Shown here: piece after piece, positions 26,501 through 35,000 of the stretch
How the letters are laid out: each line of letters begins with the position of its first letter
Position numbering within the stretch: the stretch's first letter is position 1
Source of the DNA: a virus
Strand: one strand, 5' to 3'
DNA length: 64,000 nucleotides
IMG/VR virus record: IMGVR_UViG_3300044946_000078
Coordinates: 1-64,000 of that record
Program-made: the position numbers and the translations under genes
The notes under the pieces: generated by a model
What the model saw: only the letters and a program-made list of their open reading frames with translations
Databases searched by the model: none
Told to the model about the DNA's origin: nothing

Positions 26501-29343
26501 TTGGTGTTCCCAATTTGTAAAGGGCCATTGGGAGCAGCGCCAGTACCAATAGCCAAACCATTTCCATTTGTCCCATTTACTGCTGTAAATCTACCAACTT
26601 CAGAAGTAAAATGAACTTGTGTCCCAGCTGATATTTCATGCCCAGCATTTATAATCACACTTCCAGAAGTTCCAGAACCTGTCGCTAATCCAGGATTGAT
26701 GATTAAGTTTGATCCTGAAATATTAGACCCCAGCGCTATACTCGGGCTTACAGTAAAAGAGTGTGGCTGTGTGGCCTCAAATCCAGAACCACCATACAGG
26801 TTGGCAACATAATTTGTACTATCGCCTCCGACAACCATCGCGTGACCCAACGTTATTGTCGCATTATCGGATTGATCTCCACTTTGAGCGCCTAGAAAAA
26901 TATTGTTTGTTGAAGTATTATTTAATCCCGCCAACGGACCTATAGCAATAGATTTTGTAAAATTTGCATTTTCAGCGGCGGTTGATCCTATTATCACATC
27001 ATAATTGCCGGATACAAGTTCATATCCTGCAAAAGCTCCTACAACAGTATTGTTGCCGCCACTGGTTATATTTGCCAAAGAATTTGGACCCAACGTCACA
27101 TCATAATCAGCAGTGGTATTTACAGAACCAGAACCTCCGCCAACAAAAAGATTAAATGAAGGCCCCGATCCTCTAATTTGCAACACGGAAGTTGATGACG
27201 TGTCATTAATATTAAGATAGGACGGATTACCTCCGTATACATTTCGGTTTCCCCATAATGTCAATGTATTTCCTTCCAGGCCGGCTCTAGCTGTCAAAAA
27301 GCCACCATGTTTATCCGGCAGCGTAACTAAAAATGCCTCTGATTGAATCGTTTGCCCCCATGCGTTCTTATGAATATTATCATAAAATAGATCATTGTAC
27401 CCATTGGCCAGTTCCGCCGAATCGATATTTATGTAATAGCACCCTTTGGCTAATGCAATTGTCTGGATAGCAGCTGACCAAATAGGTGGATTTGCCGATG
27501 ATGCGTCCCGTCTTATTGGAACACCAGCGCATATTATTTTATTATACGGATATCCTCTATCTAAATGAAGAGAATCCATATAGGAAGAATAAGTAGCCTG
27601 AAACGTACTTAAACTCACTCCTGCACCCGGATCATTTTGGCCATAAAATATAACGATGTATCTATAATTCGTACTGTAATTGGGGACTTCATAAAACCTA
27701 TTGACGAAAGATGAATCTCCCGCACTGACCATGCAAAAGGTAGTACCAGGAATCCCCCTATTTACCTCGCGGGAATTTATGGCATTGGCTGTTTTAGAAG
27801 AGACGCCATCCGTGCGTGACGTAACGCCTACCCATGCCACCTGACTATCTCCCCACCACCACATTGAGTCGCTACCTAGTTGTGGAATTGTATCTCCCAC
27901 CATTGTCCAATTTAAAGGATAATCACTTTGATCAAATATCGGCAACGAGGAAGTATTTCCCCTAGTGAGAACACCTTGCAAATTACCAGCCGCACTGCTT
28001 GTATCAAATTGATATTGCGTTACATAGTCAATAGGTTTGGACGGAAGGCTATCTCCGTGCAGCATTAATGAATCACCGCCGCCAGGCACTTTTAATTCTG
28101 GTAAATAAATTATTCCATTAGCCAAAGATGTAGCAGCGGGATTTGCTTCTAAATAAAAGTTATATCCTAATTGATTTGATAATTGAATGCTTCCTGAATT
28201 TATGACTGAATATGAAAAATTTGAATTGCCCCCCTCGACAGAAATTCCCGATGGAATAACTTGTACATATGGATTCTGATTTGATTCAGAACCAATTGTT
28301 AGAGTGGGATGTCTTACGCCAGTATGTATTAAGTCAGTAAATATGAAATTGGTATCATTTGCTAAATATTTCCCAGCGCTATCATAAGGAACTCCATTTG
28401 GGTATAGAAGGTCATTGCCAAGGAAATTTGATCTTAGGGTATAGGATGAAGTCCCGTCGTAATTTAATAGTTGTACAAGCGACGCCGTATCGTTCCTATA
28501 CGGATTTCTTATCTGAATGGTATCGAAAATGGATCGCCCACCAGCAACTTGAAATAAAGCCTGTGGAGATGGCGTTCCTATTCCTACGCTATCATTTCCT
28601 CCTGTAACTGGATTGGAAGTTGGGGGGGTATATTGGGGGGAAAGATAGTTTGCATTCGCTCCCGATCCTCTAACAAATGAAACTGCCCCTGTAGAAGCAA
28701 AAGTGATATTAGGGTATGTCCCCGATAATGAAATATTTGCTCCGGCAATAGGATTGAATTGTGCCGGTATTGTTGGTTGATTGGTTAGATTGTTATAGTT
28801 GAGATAATCGGCCGGTGTCAGTCCATTGAATTTATTTACTGTTACGTTATTGATAGGTCCTGAAATATCACCACCTAAAGTAAGCGCCAATGAAAGATTG
28901 GGCGTAGTTGTGGGACTTGTTATTGTCCAAACTTGACCGGCATTATTTGTCGCTGTGATGTTGCTTACTGTACCGGTAGAAGTTACTGGGTCTATATTTA
29001 TTAAAACAAGATTCGAGTCAGCTACACCATTACGGAACATGTATTCAAAGGCTTGGCCGCCTATAAAAAATCCATTTGATTGGAGGGAGCCAGTATTGAC
29101 CCAATACGGAACATTACCAACCCTTGTTTGCGCAACGGGAAAATAGGTTAGAAGTTCAGTAGTAGATTGAAATTGACGGTATACTCCTCGACTTGCATCC
29201 CACATATAAGTCCTCATATCAGAAGGGAATGCTCCTTGGGGGGCCATTGGCTTGTTGAAAGTTTGGCCGATAGTGGGGTTGTATTGGGCCTTAGATTCTC
29301 CAACAATAAAAACAAGAAATATGAATATTATAATTTTCTTCAT
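23542..29343 (-). CDS. tail fibre/spike with two SGNH esterase domains
   Basis: GDS..RGIPG..GQND..DNIH and GNS..RGIGG..GTND..NVH; Gly/Asn-rich beta-roll repeats. Confidence 0.8.
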   Translation of the reverse strand: MKKIIIFIFLVFIVGESKAQYNPTIGQTFNKPMAPQGAFPSDMRTYMWDASRGVYRQFQSTTELLTYFPVAQTRVGNVPYWVNTGSLQSNGFFIGGQAFEYMFRNGVADSNLVLINIDPVTSTGTVSNITATNNAGQVWTITSPTTTPNLSLALTLGGDISGPINNVTVNKFNGLTPADYLNYNNLTNQPTIPAQFNPIAGANISLSGTYPNITFASTGAVSFVRGSGANANYLSPQYTPPTSNPVTGGNDSVGIGTPSPQALFQVAGGRSIFDTIQIRNPYRNDTASLVQLLNYDGTSSYTLRSNFLGNDLLYPNGVPYDSAGKYLANDTNFIFTDLIHTGVRHPTLTIGSESNQNPYVQVIPSGISVEGGNSNFSYSVINSGSIQLSNQLGYNFYLEANPAATSLANGIIYLPELKVPGGGDSLMLHGDSLPSKPIDYVTQYQFDTSSAAGNLQGVLTRGNTSSLPIFDQSDYPLNWTMVGDTIPQLGSDSMWWWGDSQVAWVGVTSRTDGVSSKTANAINSREVNRGIPGTTFCMVSAGDSSFVNRFYEVPNYSTNYRYIVIFYGQNDPGAGVSLSTFQATYSSYMDSLHLDRGYPYNKIICAGVPIRRDASSANPPIWSAAIQTIALAKGCYYINIDSAELANGYNDLFYDNIHKNAWGQTIQSEAFLVTLPDKHGGFLTARAGLEGNTLTLWGNRNVYGGNPSYLNINDTSSTSVLQIRGSGPSFNLFVGGGSGSVNTTADYDVTLGPNSLANITSGGNNTVVGAFAGYELVSGNYDVIIGSTAAENANFTKSIAIGPLAGLNNTSTNNIFLGAQSGDQSDNATITLGHAMVVGGDSTNYVANLYGGSGFEATQPHSFTVSPSIALGSNISGSNLIINPGLATGSGTSGSVIINAGHEISAGTQVHFTSEVGRFTAVNGTNGNGLAIGTGAAPNGPLQIGNTNANITNANNAGIYASDSGATYNVGTNQDFIVTEAQFVAGASRVSGSGKLVNASLLLRSFGGDSAIGLITQPGINNGIGTYNPQQILDVNGNVLTRGAYMFLPQSTLTPIPASGNEMYDSSGINIKGSNGSIIRLSKALISAAAPQVDTFPNESGVFILNNDTLYLHNLANSAKSLTLGNVVLNGDTTSNNIGIGKLPGFVPLAVKGQITSDTLTVSTRAVINGTIFGAAQISTGNIKVSGLYNNVYGSINKVAISAAGSGYVNGTYTSVPLTGGSGTGAQATIVVSGTDVSSITITNNGANYLATDVLSASNSSLGGTGSGFLGSISSIANSLVEGSFIGTTFTPYNQLFSLTGNEVFGNGFTSASADSGFKADVRGTLRSNTFIQSGDTSAQLAGSNTIYVVGNSITAGTGASQTWFRYANRLGAALNCSVVNRGIGGTTAYRQSVGDSSLVDRLLNNSTYIIPGHTSSTQWLILEYGTNDLVSKTITTAQYQSAIVAGIDTAIAHGWPTNRIVLMSVGYWVDTSSYNTTEQPLFAAALQATALANNCIFVNNYQNMLWNGAANDLFSPSTYNVHPNDQGHRVWAEGALALMGVRHGGDENVNGQFQANMVNIYPYPNYNQWTPAFTVYDTTGSITASIRGSNSSTSLLFGYDAGYQSNNSATANSMFGWATGLNNVGGNSNSYFGEAAGELGVSGVNNAEFGKQSGLNSIGSNLTLFGTQSGSSMYGNTNIALGYRAGYTWNTGNGNIIIGNSIQPPTYNSSNTLTIGNVLYGTGIDLTGDSTQSTTGRIGINTNSPSKTLDVNGSALIRTGATLWGLPSATTPSSDSALVVEAGVVKTKLVQLDTLEALTSNATNATTSSSPIFSFNMVSGHTYAVDCRLVVGNSSALGAASVNVIAASGSATGQVTAFGETTTSSTFTNIQAAIGSPTSASFIALLGIGMVNIQGTITCTGSGSATVGFAANGNGTTTVYSAGSYCRFTQIN

Positions 29344-30210
29344 CTATGATAGAGTTAAATCTGAAGAGGTATCAAAGGATTGTAAATTTCTGGTATAATA
29401 GTAGGTATTGCCCCCAAACTGCACATAAGGAGCAAATACGGTGTCACCAATCGTACCTGAATTGAACTGATCATTTACCCATGTTGTCTTTATTGATTCC
29501 GTTGATGGTACCCTTATAATGGAATATTGGAATGGACTAGATCCTGACGGAAGGGGGACTACAAGTGGCTGATTATGGGTTATATTGAATTCTTCTTCGT
29601 AGGTAAACGTATCTTGGTTAGTCGTTAATAACGGCCCCGGATTGGTAGTTGTATAACAATAATTCCCGGTTATTGTTTGGGTAACCGTCAATGTAGCCGA
29701 AGAAGACCCTACCGAACCAGCCGAATTATTAGCAGTTACAGAGAAAACCGATCCGCTGTCTGTTAATTGAGCATTTGAAAGCGTATATGAAATCCCGGTC
29801 GCTCCTGGTATAGCTACTCCATTTCTATACCACTGATAAGTTATGGGAGTTGTCCCTCCTGTTATTGAAATCGAGAATGTAGCAGCACTTCCTACCGTAA
29901 CTGACTGATTATTGGGTCCAGTAAATACTGGTAAGGTTGCGGATAAGCTATTCTGTATATTTTGTGCCTTTAATTGAAAAAATCCAATTAGCGACAAAAG
30001 AAATTGTCCAGTAGTTATCAAATTAGGATCATTGGGGTTCACCGAATATTGATATGCAACCGAATTGGTTACGATATATAGTCGCCTAGCGTATTTTGCG
30101 TTTAAAGAACCATTGATAAATGCCCCGTCCAATTCCTGCTGATCTTGCCGAAGGAATTGGGCTATTTGACCCCATTGGATCCAAAGTGGTATAGGAAGAA
30201 ATATACTCAC
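29344..30210 (-). CDS. virion protein with Ig-like domain
   Basis: PNNQSVTVGSAATFS...YQWYRNG...DSGSVFSVTANN. Confidence 0.75.
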   Translation of the reverse strand: MSIFLPIPLWIQWGQIAQFLRQDQQELDGAFINGSLNAKYARRLYIVTNSVAYQYSVNPNDPNLITTGQFLLSLIGFFQLKAQNIQNSLSATLPVFTGPNNQSVTVGSAATFSISITGGTTPITYQWYRNGVAIPGATGISYTLSNAQLTDSGSVFSVTANNSAGSVGSSSATLTVTQTITGNYCYTTTNPGPLLTTNQDTFTYEEEFNITHNQPLVVPLPSGSSPFQYSIIRVPSTESIKTTWVNDQFNSGTIGDTVFAPYVQFGGNTYYYTRNLQSFDTSSDLTLS

Positions 30211-30743
30211 GCAAAGAAAAGTTGCTGATTAATTATGTAAAATTGAATCCTATTAAGGGCATTTTGAGCCGACGTCTGTTGATTGAATGTTTGGGCATTT
30301 TCGGCGCTATCTAAATTCGTTTGTACATTTCCAAGGCTTCCCATAAAATTATAACTATCCAAATATGCTGGATTGGCAGCAAGTTCTTGCACCATTTGAT
30401 TGATGAAAGAATTTGAATTGCCCGTGAAAGTATACAATTGATATTTAGTATATGTGCTCCCGCTAATGGGGTCACTAGAAATCCAAGAAACTAAAATATC
30501 GAGGCTGTAATCTTGCGTGAGAAGTCCTGTAATTTGCAGGACATCACCTATTCCTTCTGAGATAGGCCAATTTATGTAAGGCGTCGTAGCATCGGGATAA
30601 TTGAGTGTCGCAGATGTAGAGGTATACAGAAATACTTGACGTCCCGTCAAATTAGTGTCTGCTCCAACACTAGTATCGGTTATGCTAAAAGAGGTTGGAT
30701 CGGTGAGATCCGGCGTCACTGAGAAATTTCCAGAAAAAGACAT
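30207..30743 (-). CDS. putative tail / fibre-attachment protein
   Basis: Position and beta-rich composition. Confidence 0.5.
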   Translation of the reverse strand: MSFSGNFSVTPDLTDPTSFSITDTSVGADTNLTGRQVFLYTSTSATLNYPDATTPYINWPISEGIGDVLQITGLLTQDYSLDILVSWISSDPISGSTYTKYQLYTFTGNSNSFINQMVQELAANPAYLDSYNFMGSLGNVQTNLDSAENAQTFNQQTSAQNALNRIQFYIINQQLFFA

Positions 30744-30803
30744 AATTTAATGGGTTACACTAAAGTACACAAATTTTGTTAATCGGTAGTTATTTCTATT
30801 GAT

Positions 30804-32015
30804 TTAAGCTAAATTTTGATCAGTGTTATTTTCTCGATAGGCTATTTTATTCATTATATCCAAAAGGCCCTTATCATCGAAGTTTGAAAAAACACGCTTG
30901 CCAGTAAAAGAATTCTTTATATCCGGGTCAGCTTTTATCTTTTGCAATAATTCTGGCGTTAAATCTTGGGTTCTTGCATCGTAGATCCCCTTTTTATGAG
31001 CCATATATCTTAACGCTTGTATGTCGCTCATGTTTTCGCTAGGGGCTATGTCATGCGTCGCGGCATTATGAGCTAGTTCGTCAGAAATAGATTGTCCTTG
31101 TTTTTCTGCGTATTGGGGCCAATATTTTTTGTCATCGCTCGTTGGCTGCGTTTCGCGTTGGAAAATATAGTCTTGCTCTACTGGGTTAAGCTGTGTTGAT
31201 TTGTATTCACCTGAATTTTGACCATGGGCTAGTTCGTGAACATCCGACTCCCCTCGTCCAGCCTTCAGCTCTTTGAGTTGATCTGGATTGACATTCATGC
31301 TATTGTCGGCGGAATCATAAACCGTTGCGCCATTTCTGACCACTTGGCCGTCTACGAGTTTCGTCCCCGATGTTTCGGAGAACTTGACATCTTTCAGTTG
31401 ATTATCCCTAGTTTGTTGTACATACGCTGGATCTTTCCAGAAGTTATTGAGTCTTTCCTTATATTTTGGCGATTCTATGTACGACTGTAGCCATTCTTGG
31501 GCATCTTTGTCCGTTGGATTAATTGCCGCTCCCGGTTTCTCTACCGGTTCTGCTGTGGGCTTATCGGGAGGGGTCAGATAATTTTTGGCATAGCTTTCAA
31601 TATCTGTTCCATGGTCTTGTATTTGTCTTCCTTTTGAATCTATTATCTTAGCTGTAGGGTAGAACAGGCTTGCCGTTTTTGAGTCAATCACCCCATTAAC
31701 TTCAGGTAATGGCTGCTTCATGAAAGCCGGATTCAATTTATTTCTAAGCGCCGACAATTGATCAGATGATAGGTCGCCAATTAAATCCCCATTTCTTATA
31801 TTATCATGGTCTTGTTGAACGGACGCAACATGATCAGGCGTTAGTTTAAAATCTGGATTTTGATTGGCATAATGAGCCATATAAGCATGGCCTAGTTCTG
31901 GATCAGCATCCAGATTGGCCTTTTGACTCCCCAAATAGGAAAGAAACCCATTCCATTGGCCTCTCTCATCTGGCGTAAGTGGCTTATAGTATCCTATTTT
32001 ATTATCAGTCGGCAT
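30804..32015 (-). CDS. putative ejection protein with zincin-like metallopeptidase motif
   Basis: DVHELAHG (HExxH) with a downstream E (SENMSD). Confidence 0.6.
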   Translation of the reverse strand: MPTDNKIGYYKPLTPDERGQWNGFLSYLGSQKANLDADPELGHAYMAHYANQNPDFKLTPDHVASVQQDHDNIRNGDLIGDLSSDQLSALRNKLNPAFMKQPLPEVNGVIDSKTASLFYPTAKIIDSKGRQIQDHGTDIESYAKNYLTPPDKPTAEPVEKPGAAINPTDKDAQEWLQSYIESPKYKERLNNFWKDPAYVQQTRDNQLKDVKFSETSGTKLVDGQVVRNGATVYDSADNSMNVNPDQLKELKAGRGESDVHELAHGQNSGEYKSTQLNPVEQDYIFQRETQPTSDDKKYWPQYAEKQGQSISDELAHNAATHDIAPSENMSDIQALRYMAHKKGIYDARTQDLTPELLQKIKADPDIKNSFTGKRVFSNFDDKGLLDIMNKIAYRENNTDQNLA

Positions 32016-35000
32016 TACCTTTCTTCTTTTTCAGGAACGTTTTTATTGAGCCATGGCAAGCCAGATTCTATTGGCTGACCCATGTTTTCAGGAGCATATT
32101 TTGTACCACCACTTTGCCATTGTGATATTTGTTGGAGCAACACAGGGTCAACTGTATTTTTAGCCAAATCGTTGAAATATTGGCCACGTCCTTTTTCGGT
32201 AGAAAGATTGCCAATGTTTGACGGGAATAGCGGCGCTTCTTCAGCGAGTCCCATCATAGAGGCTATGATGGCATTCGTCATATGTGGATCATCGTCTGTA
32301 TCCACCGATTTATCCATTAACTTCCTCGCAGTAGCGCCCAATTGCATAGTCTGAAATACCGGCGATTCTAAAAGCCAGCGAGGCACATTTACGCCCATTA
32401 CATTGGCCTCTCCCCAATTTGGTTCACCATCTTCCTTCTTTTCGCCCTTTTGATAAAAGCCACCGAAATGTTCGGGATTTAACGCTCCAATAGTCAATAA
32501 TGCTGCCCCAAATGACCCTTTCTTTAAGTTTCTCATTATCCTATTGGCCATTTCGGGCTCCATATTGTCAAACGATTTTTTCATTAATTGGCTAGTAATA
32601 TCCCATCCAGCCCTAAGAAGACCGCCGCCGGCCAATGTCCCCGTTTCTCCAATAATATTAGTAGGCACTTTAACAAAAGGAATAAACCATTTCAAGCCAG
32701 TTGCTACGGCCTTGCCTCCGGGCTTATCACTTTTTTCTAGGCTCCTGATAGTTGCCTTATAGGCATCTGTTACTAAGTTATCGCTCATGAATATAGCCCT
32801 ATCTGCATCTTTAACTGCTTGAATAGCCATTTTTTCTATTAGAACAGGATCTTTTACATTGACCCCATTTTTCATGTTATTAAATGTCTGATTCATAAAA
32901 GACTTCTCAAATATTGCTCTTCTAATGGGCGTTTTTATTGTTTTATGAATCCGACCAAAAAAGTTAATTCCTTCATCAGGCATAGGTGATTTGCCTCCTA
33001 AAACATCTATTTCTGTTTGATGGCCCGTCTTTTTATCCCAAACATCACCAATATCTTTTATACCCTTTATAATGCCGTCAGTAAATATTTTAGCTTCAGC
33101 AGCAATATGTAAATTACCTTCGGAGGTTGCTTGCTTTGCTATTTTTGAAATGCCGGGGATTTTAGAGAGAAGCCCTCCAATAGCATCTTCCACTGGCGTC
33201 TGGACAAGTCTAGTCACGCCAGCCGCTCCCAACTTAGCCAATGTAGTTATTCCAGATAATTTTGCCTCTCTTTCATAATTCAAGAAAATGTCTCCTGCTT
33301 TTTCGGCCCATGCTTTATTGACTGGCGCGGCAATCTGTGACACCTTTTGATTAAAATTATTTTGAGCCTTCCTTAAATTGGTTAAGGCCGTTCTGATTGC
33401 CCCAGCTTGATTTGATTTTTGAGAAGTAAATCCAGCCGTAGCCATTTTTTGCAATTTATCTTCCTGGTCATTTATTTCATTAAATGAATTTTTTACATCA
33501 TTCATTTCTTCTATAGTCAATTTAGCCCCATCTCCTTTAGCTGCTCTCATTCTATTGACCATGTTTTCCAAAGAATATTGATTTCTGGCGATTATTTGTC
33601 GAGTAGCTAACCCACGGGCATTTTCTGTACCAGCTTTTTTACCAGCATCATATACATCTTGAAGCTGTGCTAAAAGCGCTTGCTGACGCACATGGAGATC
33701 ATCAATAGAATTTTGATCTTTAGCTTCTTGTGCCTTAATTAGTCCTTCTTGGGTTTGCCCTAGTTGAGATTCAAGGCCAATTTGATGTTTAAGGACCACT
33801 GCATTTTCAACATCTGACCAAGGACGCGGTTTCTTTAAAGTAGATGATATGATGGTTGTGGCACTCATTTTATTATTATCAATAGCATCTTGGGCTTCTT
33901 GCCATATTTCTCCAAATTCTTTTCTGGCTGTTTTTTCTGCCTCCGGTAATCCAAATTGGGCCCGCTTAACTCCTGTTACCTTATTCATCAAGGATGTTAA
34001 TTGAGGATCTATTTTTTCTCCTGATCCTTCTTTTTTTTCATTGCTACTGTTTTCGGTAAATTCTTGGGGTCCTTCGTTTTGTCCGCCCACTCCTGGGCGA
34101 AGGGCTTCTTCGTTGCGAACGCCCATTTCATTTGTTGTTTGCTCTGGAATGGCATTGGGATTTTGTTTTAAGAGTTTTGGTTCATTATCCTCGATAAATA
34201 ACTTTGCTCCATCCTCATCATTAATCGCATGAGCCTTATTTTTTAACTCTTCGATAGTCTGTTTCATTCGTACCATATCGGGATCATTCGGATCTGCTCC
34301 GCCTTCGATAAGACGGTCGTAGCTCCCCTGTACCGCGTCGGCAGCCCAATTAGGATGCTCGTTGTCATTTATTTCTATTGCGCTAGGGGGCGCTTTTTCA
34401 CCAGATACTACCTCGTGAATTAAATTAGAGGTGTGAATTGTTCGAGGCAAGTCAGATGAGATTATTTTTGGTATTTGCCTGCCATTCAATTTATTTAAAA
34501 GTTCCTCACCGGCGGCTTTTGCTTCGTTGATCCCATTTTCGGTAAGTTGGGCATCGTTGCTTCTGAAGAATCCTGCGGCGTTGTCGTCCGTTTCCCCGTG
34601 CCTGACGACATGAATTTGTTCATCAGGGCTAGTTGATTGTTCTTGGGCAGCTTTAGAAAGTCCGCCATTTTGAACTGCGTCCGAATTTTCGGGATCATTG
34701 AGGAACTCTTCAAAAAGGGATTTAGTCTCATTGTTGGCTGTTATATGTTGTAAAGTAAGTTGATACGCTAGGTCATCAGCGGCATCCCCTTTAAATGTTC
34801 TTTTTTGTCCATCCGGGGTTTCCAGATTAACCGAAACGATATTGCCGTCTTTGTCTCTATTGATAGCCTGTATGGGATCATCAAAAGTGTTTACATATTT
34901 TTGACCCCTCACTATTATATTGCCATCATTATCAATTTTAGCCGTAGGCTCTTGTGTTTGTATATTAAAGCTGGTTACCGGTTGATCGGATAGCTTGTCT

